Under the pieces are notes generated by a model that saw nothing but the letters and a program-made list of their open reading frames with translations, was not told the origin of the DNA and searched no databases. Below, piece by piece: positions 27,105 through 35,948 of a stretch of DNA of 48,157 nt. The translations under genes and the position numbers were made by a program. Position 1 is the stretch's first letter. The number at the start of each line of letters is the position of its first letter. Source of the stretch: Burkholderiales bacterium (GTDB taxonomy: Bacteria; Pseudomonadota; Gammaproteobacteria; Burkholderiales; SG8-41); NCBI GenBank assembly GCA_036003485.1, contig DASYSI010000078.1, positions 1-48,157 of the forward strand. The letters are read 5' to 3'.

Positions 27105-28075
27105 CGCACTAAACGGACTCGTAAGCTCGCCAATCAAACGCACGTGAGCAAGACCGATCCACAAGCGACTCTGGTTTCCCGCAAGAATGGCCCAAGAAAG
27201 CTGTGCTACAAAGCTCACTTCGCCATCGATGCGGGTAGCCGGATGGTCACTGATTGCCATGCGACTACCGGATCCCGGCATGAATGCCCAATCTTGCCCG
27301 AGCGAGTCGCATTCATCCGAGAGCGCCTGGGGTTAACGATCCAGGAAGTCATTGCTGATCGAGGATACGGACGGGGACCGACCTACTCGGATTTACGAGC
27401 ACAAGGCATTCGTCATTACATTCCGCTCCACGATCCGAGAACCGGTCATGGCAAATTAACGCCTGGCGAGTTCAAATACGATCGGCGCAATGACCGATAC
27501 CAATGTCCCGAGGGGCATCATTTATATCCCTACGAGAGGCTCGACAATGGCATCAAGCGCTATCGCATTCTTGGCGGACATTGCAGAAATTGCCCGATAA
27601 AGGACAAGTGCCTGCCGGACACGGCGCAAGATCGCGCGCGCTTCGTGTATCGTGGACTGCATCAAGACGAGATCGAGGCGGTTCGACGTCGCCAGCATAC
27701 GAAGACGTTCGTACGACGGCTTATTGAGCGAAAGTGGAAGATTGAAGGCATCTTCGGAGAGGCGAAGGTTAACCATGCCCTGAGGCGGGCCCGCTATCGT
27801 GGCTTACCGAAAGTGCAGATTCAGTTCTTCATGATTGCCATCGCGCGGAACTGCAAGCGGGCAGTTCTGGGCCGATTGGGCTATTTATTGCGCCTGTTAC
27901 TGCTACTTACGCTTGAAAGAAAGGTCCTAGCACCGAGAAAGACAACATTCTGGATAAACGACAAAATCTGCGGCACAGGAAATGCGATCGAAAAATCCCT
28001 CGAAAAAGCGTTGACGTTCGCTGTCTAGATAAGAAAACAAGGGTTGTTCAACACGCCGTTGCGACTACTACAATT
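27105..28075 (+). mobile_element. IS5/IS1182-family insertion sequence remnant with 5'-truncated DDE transposase (27105..28028)
   Basis: KTDPQATLVSRKNGPRKLCYKAHFAIDAG, ADRGYG, C-x2-C..C-x2-C (YQCPEGH..CRNCPIKDKC) and GIFGEAKVNHALRRARYRGLPKVQIQF are the catalytic and C-terminal parts of IS1182-type transposases. The frame opens only after TAA 27102, so the N-terminal ~150-200 aa are missing. The right end is only a guess, near GGGTTGTTCAACACGCC (28041-28057). Confidence 0.7.
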
Positions 28076-28263
28076 GACGCCATATTCTGCACTTGCCATC
28101 GTCATTGCTCAATACCGATGCGTAATGGGAAAATTCTGTCTTTCTATGCGGCTTCCTTGCACGGACCACACCCTCGTCAAGGGAAATGCTACGCTTGTCC
28201 ATAAGAGACTTCATCCACAATTTGGATGCCAGACGTGCTTTTTTATTTTCTGCGAGGAACGAT

Positions 28264-28566
28264 ATGCCAGTCGGAGAAGAGGTTTTGATCAAGACCGAGA
28301 ACGCCCTCGTCCGCGTCGTCGAGCTTGGACCGGGCGAAGTGGCGAGGTGGCACTCGCACAATGAGGTGACCGACAACATTTTCTGCCTGACCGGCAGGAT
28401 GTATGTGCGGATGAAGGATCCGGACGAGGAAGCCTTTTTAATGCCGGGCCAGAGGTGCACGGTCATACAAGGCCGCATCCATCAGGTCGTCAATGCCGAT
28501 CCGGCGAAGATGACTTACCTGCTGGTGCAGGGCGGCGGGCGCTACGACTTCAACGTGCGGGGATAA
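28264..28566 (+). CDS. cupin-domain protein
   Basis: ORF 28186..28566 trimmed to ATG 28264 (GAGGA upstream). 100 aa with the two-motif cupin pattern GEVARWHSHNEVTDNIF and RIHQVVN. Confidence 0.7.
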   Translation: MPVGEEVLIKTENALVRVVELGPGEVARWHSHNEVTDNIFCLTGRMYVRMKDPDEEAFLMPGQRCTVIQGRIHQVVNADPAKMTYLLVQGGGRYDFNVRG

Positions 28567-28632
28567 TGAAAAGCAGGATCGATGCCTCTGGCTTGGTTAT
28601 TGACTGCGTAGTAACGCGCCGCCGCGACGACA

Positions 28633-29670
28633 CTATCTGGCCATCCCGAGCTCAGACAGCGCCGCGCGGAACTGCTCGTACTCGGTCTTCATGTAGCGCT
28701 CGGTCGCGGCGCTATCGAGGTACGTATTCTCGAACACGTTCGCCTCGAGGTCCTTTTTCCATTCGTCGGTCTGGGTGAGCTTAGCCAGCACGCGATCCCA
28801 AAAAGCGATTTGCGCGGCGCTCATGCCCTTCGGACCCGCCACCATGCGCCAGTTCGTGACGAGCGCGTTGACGCCCTGCTCTTTCCACGTCGGAACACTG
28901 GAGAGCACGCCACCCAGGCGGCGCGCAGCGGCGACTCCCAGCACGCGCAACTTTCCGGCTTCCAAATGCGGCACGACGTTGTTCGCCGCGGACGAATTCA
29001 CGTCGACGTGTCCGCCGAGCAGCGCGGTGATGGCTTCACCGCCGCCCTGAAATACGACTGTCCTGAGTTTTCTCGCGTCGCCGCCCGCGCTCTTCGCGAT
29101 CAGCGCCATCGCGATATGGTTGGTGCTGCCGAGACTGCTGCCGACCGCGACACTGACCGACGCTGAATCTTTTTTCAATCGCTCGAGCAGGTCTTTTCCG
29201 GTTTTCAGCGGCGAGGCCGGCAGCACAGATATCGCGACCGATTCGCTGAGCAATATCGCCAGCGGCGTGATGTGGGTGTAATTGATCGGGCTGCGCCCGA
29301 CGATGTGATTGGTCAGCAGCGTCGGATTGCCGACGTAGATGATATTTCCTTCGCCGGCATGCTGATTGAGATAAGTCCACCCGACCGCGCCGCCGCCGCC
29401 CGGTTTGTTGACGACGGTGACTGCGACATCGACGAGATGCTTTTCCACCAGCAGTCGGTTCAGCGTGCGCGCCGTTTTGTCCTGGCCTCCGCCGGGCCCG
29501 GTACCAACGATGATTTCGATGCTCTTGTCCGGTTTCCATGGCGCGGTAGCGGCGTAAACCTCCGCCGTGCCTGCCATTCCCATGGCAACGAGCAACAGCA
29601 CCGCCAATACAGTGCTACCCACGCTGCGCGTATCGGCATCTGTCTTTGATCGCTTCATTCTTGCATCCAA
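28633..29670 (-). CDS. Bug/TctC-family substrate-binding protein (TctC-proper-like subgroup)
   Basis: 345 aa with a signal peptide, then WKPDKSIEIIVGTGPGGGQDKTAR. An alternative start is ATG 29658. Confidence 0.9.
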   Translation of the reverse strand: MDARMKRSKTDADTRSVGSTVLAVLLLVAMGMAGTAEVYAATAPWKPDKSIEIIVGTGPGGGQDKTARTLNRLLVEKHLVDVAVTVVNKPGGGGAVGWTYLNQHAGEGNIIYVGNPTLLTNHIVGRSPINYTHITPLAILLSESVAISVLPASPLKTGKDLLERLKKDSASVSVAVGSSLGSTNHIAMALIAKSAGGDARKLRTVVFQGGGEAITALLGGHVDVNSSAANNVVPHLEAGKLRVLGVAAARRLGGVLSSVPTWKEQGVNALVTNWRMVAGPKGMSAAQIAFWDRVLAKLTQTDEWKKDLEANVFENTYLDSAATERYMKTEYEQFRAALSELGMAR

Positions 29671-29702
29671 TGTTGAAATTTCTACCGATTTTAAATCGAG
29701 TT

Positions 29703-30788
29703 TCAGGCCGCGAGCGGCAGCGTAACGGGACCGCCGGTGCGGAGCGAACGCTCGATCGCGAGCGTGATTTCGAGCGTGCGGCGCGCGTCATCGGCGGTCG
29801 CGAGCACGCACGCGCGGCCCATCGACAGATGGTCGAGCCAGGCACGGGTTTCGGACGCGACCGGTCCGTGGAAATCGCCGAGCGCCCAATCCCCCGGCGT
29901 GCCGCTGCCGAGAAACGCCATATTGACGTTGTGATCAGGAATATAGACGTGCGGCGCCGTGTGTTCGCTGTACATGAGCTGATCGGTATGGTCGTCGTCG
30001 ATGATCAACACCCCGTCGGTGCCGAGCAGCTCGACCCGCGCCGCGTGACCCAGCGACGGGTAGTGCTGCGGCAGCGCGTAGCACACGCCGAAATTCACCA
30101 CCGCGCCGTCGCTGCAGGTGACGATGACCCACGTCACGTCGTTGGTGTTGCTGTAGCCGGAACCCTTGATGAATCCGCTCTGTCCGCGCGCGAAGACCTC
30201 GACCGCGGGATTGCCCGCGAGCAGCCAGTTCATCAGATCGATGTAATAAACGAGACCCGAAACGGAGCCGGTGTCGGCCGGCAGGCGCTTTAACGTCTGC
30301 ATGGCCTGTGAGCGCGAGTTGTAGACGCGCGCCGCGCCGCTCGTGATGCGGCCGAGCCGGCCGTTGACGATCTGTTCCTTGGCGAGCAGATAACGTTTCT
30401 TGAAACGGCGGCTGTAGCCGACTCGAAGCTCGACGCCGGATTGGGCGGCTGCCGCGATGATGCGGTCGGCTTCGGCGAAATCAAACGCGAGCGGTTTTTC
30501 AACCAGCACCGGCTTTCCGAGCTCGAGCGCCTGCAGGATGGGCAGCGTGTGCTCGACCTCGATCGTAGACACGACCACCGCGTTGACCTCGGGTCGCGAC
30601 ATCACCTCGAGATTGTTACCCGAATGAAACTGAGCCCCGACCTTTTCCGCGAGCTTGCGCGCGCGTTCGGGATCACGGTCTGCGACCGCAAGGAAATGTA
30701 CCGCAGGATGCTGCGCTGCGAGCGTCGCGCGCAATGTGCCGATGCGACCCGATCCAATAACCGCTATACCCAGCTCTTTGCGTTGCAA
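29703..30788 (-). CDS. Gfo/Idh/MocA-family NAD(P)-dependent oxidoreductase
   Basis: 361 aa with GIAVIGSGRIGTLR (Rossmann) and VLVEKPLA. Confidence 0.9.
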   Translation of the reverse strand: MQRKELGIAVIGSGRIGTLRATLAAQHPAVHFLAVADRDPERARKLAEKVGAQFHSGNNLEVMSRPEVNAVVVSTIEVEHTLPILQALELGKPVLVEKPLAFDFAEADRIIAAAAQSGVELRVGYSRRFKKRYLLAKEQIVNGRLGRITSGAARVYNSRSQAMQTLKRLPADTGSVSGLVYYIDLMNWLLAGNPAVEVFARGQSGFIKGSGYSNTNDVTWVIVTCSDGAVVNFGVCYALPQHYPSLGHAARVELLGTDGVLIIDDDHTDQLMYSEHTAPHVYIPDHNVNMAFLGSGTPGDWALGDFHGPVASETRAWLDHLSMGRACVLATADDARRTLEITLAIERSLRTGGPVTLPLAA

Positions 30789-30812
30789 AATTTCTCCCTT
30801 GCGTCGACGGTA

Positions 30813-31778
30813 TCAATCGACGCGCGCGCCCGAATCCTTGACCACTTTCGCCCATTTTACAATTTCTGATTTGATGTACGCCGCAAAATCCGCGGCGGTG
30901 CCGGGATCCGGATCCGCCCCTTGGCCGCTCAGGTAACTCGCGACTGCGGGTGTGCGCAGAATTTTCACGAACTCCGCATTGAGCTTATCGACGACGGCCG
31001 AGGGCATGCCTGCGGGCCCGGCGAGACCATTCCAGCCCGCCGCCTCGTAACCCGGCACGCCCGCTTCGGCGATCGTCGGCACCTGCGGCAACGCCGCGAT
31101 GCGTTTTAATGTGCTTACACCGAGCGCGCGCAATTGTCCCGCCTTGACGTACGGGACCGCCGACGGCGCGGTCGCAAACGTCAATGCCACATGGCCCGCG
31201 AGCAGGTCGATCATCGCAGGCGGCGCGCCTTTGTATGGCACATGCACGATGCTGATACCGGTCATCGTCTTGAACATTTCAGCCGAGAGGTGCGGCTGAC
31301 TCCCGCTGCCCGCCGAACTGTACAGCAGTTCGCCGGGATGTTTCTTCGCGAAAGCGATGAAATCTCTGACGGTTTTCACCGGCACCGAGTTGTGCACGAC
31401 CAGCACCTGCGAAGTCGAAACGAGCATGGTAATCGGCGTGAAGTCCCTGACCGTGTCGTACGCGAGCTTGCTATACAGACTCGGATTGATGGTGTGTGCG
31501 GTCGACAGGATCAACAGCGAGTACCCATCGGGTGCAGACTTGGCGACATTCTCGGCGCCGATGTTTGCCCCCGCCCCCGCGCGGTTATCGACGACGACCT
31601 GCTGTCCCCAATCCTCGGTCAGCTTTTGCCCCAGCGTGCGCGCGAGTATGTCCGACGTGCCGCCGGGCGGAAAAGGCACAACGATGCGTATTGGTTTGGA
31701 CGGATACGCCTGCGCCAATGCACCGGACGCGAGGCCTGCCGCTGCCGCGCCGAGACATAACACGCCGAAACATTTCAT
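30813..31778 (-). CDS. Bug/TctC-family substrate-binding protein
   Basis: ORF 30813..32012 trimmed to ATG 31778 (MKCFGVLCLGAAAAGLASGALAQAYPSKPIRIVVPFPPGGTSD). Confidence 0.9.
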   Translation of the reverse strand: MKCFGVLCLGAAAAGLASGALAQAYPSKPIRIVVPFPPGGTSDILARTLGQKLTEDWGQQVVVDNRAGAGANIGAENVAKSAPDGYSLLILSTAHTINPSLYSKLAYDTVRDFTPITMLVSTSQVLVVHNSVPVKTVRDFIAFAKKHPGELLYSSAGSGSQPHLSAEMFKTMTGISIVHVPYKGAPPAMIDLLAGHVALTFATAPSAVPYVKAGQLRALGVSTLKRIAALPQVPTIAEAGVPGYEAAGWNGLAGPAGMPSAVVDKLNAEFVKILRTPAVASYLSGQGADPDPGTAADFAAYIKSEIVKWAKVVKDSGARVD

Positions 31779-31948
31779 CGCGCGTCCTGATTGCACTTTG
31801 TCCCCTCTTGAATTCGATAAACATCCGGCCAGCGGCAAATTTCCGCAGTCGCGGGTGATAATATCAAACGTTTCTTGCAATAATCGATTATAGAGCGACA
31901 TTTGATTACGTCGCGGGGACAAATTTTGATTTTGAAACGAGCTCCGGC

Positions 31949-32875
31949 ATGAGCAACGCGCGCAGCGCGTGGCACCCACAACGTGAAATCGCAATCGTCG
32001 CGGGTACGCCACCCGGCGGCGGTTTGGATCGCTCGGCGCGCGCGCTGATGAAAGTCATCGAGTCGCAGAAATTGCTCGACGTTCCAGTCAAGGTAACCAA
32101 TGTCGCGGGCGACGGCGGCCGCAAAGCCTGGACTTATCTCGACCGCTACAGCGGCGATCCGCATGTGCTGTCGATCAGCTCGCCTAACCTGACGACCGAT
32201 AACCTGACCGGCAAGACCACTTTCGATCATGATTCGTACACGCCGCTCGCGACGCTCTACAACGAATACATCGCATTCGTCGCGCGCGCCGACTCGGCGC
32301 TCAAATGCGGCGCCGATCTCATCGAGCGGCTAGGCGCAAAATCGGCATCGGTGAAATTTGCGCTGTCGACCTCGCTCGGAAATCCCAACCATATCGCGCT
32401 TGCAAAGGTTGTGCGACATGCGGGAGGCGACGCGCGCGCCCTCAAACTCAGAGTGTTCGATTCCGCGCGCGATGCGGTCGGCGACGTCATGGCGGGAAAT
32501 GCCGATGTCTGCGCAGTCACCGCTGCGAGCGCAGTGCCGGAGCTGGCAGCCGGCACGATGCGCACGCTGGCTGTGTCCGCGCCTGAACGTCTTTCCGGGC
32601 TTTTCGAGCGCGCGCCAATTTGGATGGAACAAGGGATCGACTGCGTGATCGGCGCGTGGCGCGGCGTCAACGGCGCAAGCGGGCTCGCGCCCGAGCAGAT
32701 TGCATACTGGGACGGCATTCTTTTGGCCGCCACTTCAAGCGCCGAATGGAATGCGCAACTCGCGCAATATTATTGGACCCGCATGTACCGCAGCGGCGCG
32801 GGCCTGCGCGAGTACCTGCAGCGCGAACGCGCACAGCTGAGCGCCGGACTGGCGGAACTCGGCATGCTTCAATAG
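31949..32875 (+). CDS. TctC-like protein lacking a signal peptide
   Basis: 308 aa and a paralogue of 28633..29670. MSNARSAWHPQREIAIVAGTPPGGGLD aligns to the mature start WKPDKSIEIIVGTGPGGGQD. The upstream in-frame stop is TAA 31859-31861, with no alternative start encoding a leader. Confidence 0.75.
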   Translation: MSNARSAWHPQREIAIVAGTPPGGGLDRSARALMKVIESQKLLDVPVKVTNVAGDGGRKAWTYLDRYSGDPHVLSISSPNLTTDNLTGKTTFDHDSYTPLATLYNEYIAFVARADSALKCGADLIERLGAKSASVKFALSTSLGNPNHIALAKVVRHAGGDARALKLRVFDSARDAVGDVMAGNADVCAVTAASAVPELAAGTMRTLAVSAPERLSGLFERAPIWMEQGIDCVIGAWRGVNGASGLAPEQIAYWDGILLAATSSAEWNAQLAQYYWTRMYRSGAGLREYLQRERAQLSAGLAELGMLQ

Positions 32876-32956
32876 GAATCCTCCTTACGCCTTACGGCTT
32901 CACTGTGCTATGCTTTTCGCCCCGCGTGTTGCGCGCAGTCGAATTGGAGTCTTAAC

Positions 32957-33511
32957 ATGCGAATGGAAGTCCATGTCCACGGTACCGCGTTCCTGTGCAA
33001 GGGCGTGCATCTGACGCAGGTCGAGCACGCGCTGCGGCCGTGGCTCGATTATCTCGAAGTCGACGCAATCGCAAAAGCGGTAAGCCTCGAGCGCGAGGAA
33101 CCCGGCATCCGTTTCGATACCAAGGAGCAAGCGCTCGACATGTGCTGGACCGGCGAGGTCGGCCGCAGCTTCCACGGCCGTTTGCAGGATGCATTCCAGG
33201 CGCTCGGCCCGCTCACGGAATACGCATCCGAAATTACGGTGACGAGTTATCACGATAACGGCAAGGAAGAATTCCAGCAGATTTTCATCGGCCCGAGCGC
33301 CGAGGCGATCCACGAAATCCGCCGCCAATGCGTTGAAGAAGATCTCGCCGCGTTGCTGTCCCCGCACTTCGAAAAAGGCCGAGTCGATCAGGTGACGGCG
33401 ATCGTCAACCAGATGTTCGATGAAGACTGGAAAAACCGTCCCGCGGTCGAAGAGCCCTCGATATCGACACCGGTATTGCAGCCTCATCCACGCAACCGGC
33501 ATTTGCATTAG
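32957..33511 (+). CDS. hypothetical protein
   Basis: 184 aa and acidic, with GGAG 7 nt upstream of the ATG. I cannot assign a family. Confidence 0.6.
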   Translation: MRMEVHVHGTAFLCKGVHLTQVEHALRPWLDYLEVDAIAKAVSLEREEPGIRFDTKEQALDMCWTGEVGRSFHGRLQDAFQALGPLTEYASEITVTSYHDNGKEEFQQIFIGPSAEAIHEIRRQCVEEDLAALLSPHFEKGRVDQVTAIVNQMFDEDWKNRPAVEEPSISTPVLQPHPRNRHLH

Positions 33512-33567
33512 ATCCGCTTGCGCGAAGAAGCGCTTGGACCGCCGGCTACACTTCCGACGGACGATGT

Positions 33568-34182
33568 ATGGATGACATCGTCAAGGACGCGATGGCCAAA
33601 TGGCCGAACGTCCCCGAAGTCTATGGCTGGCTGCGCCTGGACCGCCGCGGCGAGTGGCTGATCAAGGGCGATCGCATCTCGAATCCGATGGTCGCAGGCT
33701 TTATCAACCGCAATTACGAGCATGACGATACCGGCCGCTGGTTTTTCCAGAACGGGCCGCAACGTGTATACGTCGCGCTAACGTACACGCCATTCATTTA
33801 TCGCATCGAGAATGACCCCGGCGCGGATGCGCCAATGCGCATCGAGACGCACTCCGGAAAGATCGCCAGCCGATTGAACACCGCGTGGATCGACGAGGCT
33901 GGGGTTGTTCTGCTTGTTACCGAATACGGTGTCGGCATGGTAGATGACCGCGATCTGGGCCGCCTGCTGCCATACTTTACCGACGATTCCGGCGCGCCGC
34001 TGACGGAAGAAGCAGTTGCCGAAGCAATCGAGCGTCGGCCCTCGGGAGATATCTACGGTTTGCACATTCGCCATCGCGATCAAACCGTGCCGGTGCGTGC
34101 CATCGCTGCGGACAAGGTCGCGTCACAATTCGGTTTTGTGCAGAGCCCGCAGCAGCCGGTCGGCGCGAAAGAATGCTCCTAA
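33568..34182 (+). CDS. conserved hypothetical protein
   Basis: 204 aa. WPNVPEVYGWLRLDRRGEWLIKGDRISNPMVAGFINRNYEHDDTGRWFFQNGPQRVYV looks like a recurrent proteobacterial DUF, but I cannot name it reliably. Confidence 0.6.
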   Translation: MDDIVKDAMAKWPNVPEVYGWLRLDRRGEWLIKGDRISNPMVAGFINRNYEHDDTGRWFFQNGPQRVYVALTYTPFIYRIENDPGADAPMRIETHSGKIASRLNTAWIDEAGVVLLVTEYGVGMVDDRDLGRLLPYFTDDSGAPLTEEAVAEAIERRPSGDIYGLHIRHRDQTVPVRAIAADKVASQFGFVQSPQQPVGAKECS

Positions 34183-34234
34183 CACAGCGCAGATCTTATC
34201 GCGCGCACAATCAACTCATGCAAGGTCTCTAGCG

Positions 34235-34918
34235 ATGACCGTTCCCGATACGCTGATCAGCACGATCCTCAAAGCGTGGCGTTTTCTCTACAAGCGCGGT
34301 TTCATCGAAGGCTTCGGCCATATCAGCGCGCGTCTGCCTGACCCGGAGCAATTTCTGCTCGCGCGCCATTCGCTCGGTCCCAATGCGAATCCGGAAGATT
34401 TTCTGGTAATGGACATGGAGGGCCGCAAGCTCGCAGGCACCGGAGAGGCGCCGGGCGAGTATCCGATACATCTCGACATATTGAGAGCGCGACCCGATGT
34501 CGGCAGCGTCATCCACTACCACGGAATGTATTCGACGGCCTTCACCACGAGCGAGCACATTCTGCGGCCGATACATCTGATGGGCACGCTGTTTCACGAC
34601 GGCGTGCCGACTTATCCCGACGTCCGGCTGGTGAGCAACCGGCAGCGCGGGCAGGCGCTCGCCCAATCGCTCGGGACGCACCGCGCAGTTCTGCTGCGCG
34701 CGCACGGCGCAGCGATCACCGGCGCCACGATCGAAGAAGCAGTCGGCGGCGCATTCCTGTTTGAGCAGAACGCGCATCGTGCATGCTTAGCCGCCGGGCT
34801 CGGCAAACCGATCTGGATCGACGAGGCGACGGCCGCCGATGCCGGCAGCGAGCTCCTCAAAAGCCGTGGGCCGTTCCGCCGCGTGTGGGCGTTGGTCGAA
34901 AGCGACAACGCGCAATGA
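34235..34918 (+). CDS. class II aldolase/adducin-family protein
   Basis: ORF 34016..34918 trimmed to ATG 34235. FIEGFGHISARLPD, EYPIHLDILRARPDVGSVIHYHG and AVLLRAHGAAITG form the family pattern with metal-binding His residues. Confidence 0.85.
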   Translation: MTVPDTLISTILKAWRFLYKRGFIEGFGHISARLPDPEQFLLARHSLGPNANPEDFLVMDMEGRKLAGTGEAPGEYPIHLDILRARPDVGSVIHYHGMYSTAFTTSEHILRPIHLMGTLFHDGVPTYPDVRLVSNRQRGQALAQSLGTHRAVLLRAHGAAITGATIEEAVGGAFLFEQNAHRACLAAGLGKPIWIDEATAADAGSELLKSRGPFRRVWALVESDNAQ

Positions 34919-34943
34919 AGCGACTCACGGTGATCAACGCCGA

Positions 34944-35918
34944 ATGAAGTTAGACCCGCCTCGTCGCATAACTACCGCGCTGCTCTGCGCTTTGCTTGCG
35001 ATGAGCGCGCAGTCTGCGCTCGCACAGAGCTATCCCGCCAAACCGATACGCATCCTGCTGCCGTTCGCGGGCGGCACCGATGTCGTCGGACGCTTGCTCG
35101 CGGCGAAGCTTTCTCCCGCGATCGGCCAGCAAGTGGTACCCGACCCGCGTCTGGGCGCCGGCGGCAATATCGCCCACGAGGCGGCTGCCAAAGCCGCTCC
35201 GGACGGTTACACGCTGTTGATGGCGGCTCCGCCAGTGGTCATCAATCCGCTGCTCAATCCCAAAGTCGGCTTTGACCCGCTGCGCGATTTTGCGCCGATT
35301 GCGCTGCTCGGCGCGATTCCGAACGCGCTGGTGGTTCATCCCTCGGTGCCGGCGAAAAGTTTGCGCGAGCTTGTGCAGCTCGCGCGCAGCCATCCGGGAA
35401 AACTTTCGTACGGTTCAGGCGGAGTCGGTTCGGCAAATCACCTTGCGGCCGAGCTCTTGAAATCGCTCACCCAGATCAACATTCTGCATGTGCCGTACAA
35501 GAGCGCGACGATCGCGCTCGTCGGCGCGATGAGCGGCGAGGTCGATATCGTCTTCGTCGCTACGTCGAGCATTGTGTCGTACGTCAAAGAAGGCAGGATG
35601 CGTCCATTGGCGGTACTCGACGTGAAGCGCGTCGGCTCGCTGCCGCAGGTGCCGACCTCAGCCGAGGCCGGGATACCGCAACTCACGGCCGTCAACTGGT
35701 ATGTGCTGCTCGCTCCTGCCGGCACGCCGCGCGAGATCGTCGAACGGCTCAATGCCGAGTCGGTGAAGGCGATGACTGCGTCCGATACGCGCGAGCGCCT
35801 CGCTGCGATGGGTGGCGAGCCGGCGTCGGGGACGCCGGCGCAGGCCGCCGATTTCCTGCGCACGGAATTCGAACGGTGGGGCAAAGTTATCCGCGACGCG
35901 GGAATCAAGGCCGAGTGA
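34944..35918 (+). CDS. Bug/TctC-family substrate-binding protein
   Basis: ORF 34839..35918 trimmed to ATG 34944 (MKLDPPRRITTALLCALLAMSAQSALAQSYPAKPIRILLPF). Confidence 0.9.
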   Translation: MKLDPPRRITTALLCALLAMSAQSALAQSYPAKPIRILLPFAGGTDVVGRLLAAKLSPAIGQQVVPDPRLGAGGNIAHEAAAKAAPDGYTLLMAAPPVVINPLLNPKVGFDPLRDFAPIALLGAIPNALVVHPSVPAKSLRELVQLARSHPGKLSYGSGGVGSANHLAAELLKSLTQINILHVPYKSATIALVGAMSGEVDIVFVATSSIVSYVKEGRMRPLAVLDVKRVGSLPQVPTSAEAGIPQLTAVNWYVLLAPAGTPREIVERLNAESVKAMTASDTRERLAAMGGEPASGTPAQAADFLRTEFERWGKVIRDAGIKAE

Positions 35919-35928
35919 GCCGGCGCAT

Positions 35929-35944
35929 GAATCGCATGCGATTC
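35929..35944. repeat. perfect 16-bp palindrome GAATCGCATGCGATTC
   Basis: Read directly. It lies 11 nt after stop codon 35916-35918 and 4 nt before the left inverted repeat of the element below. Confidence 0.7.
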
Positions 35945-35948
35945 GGAT

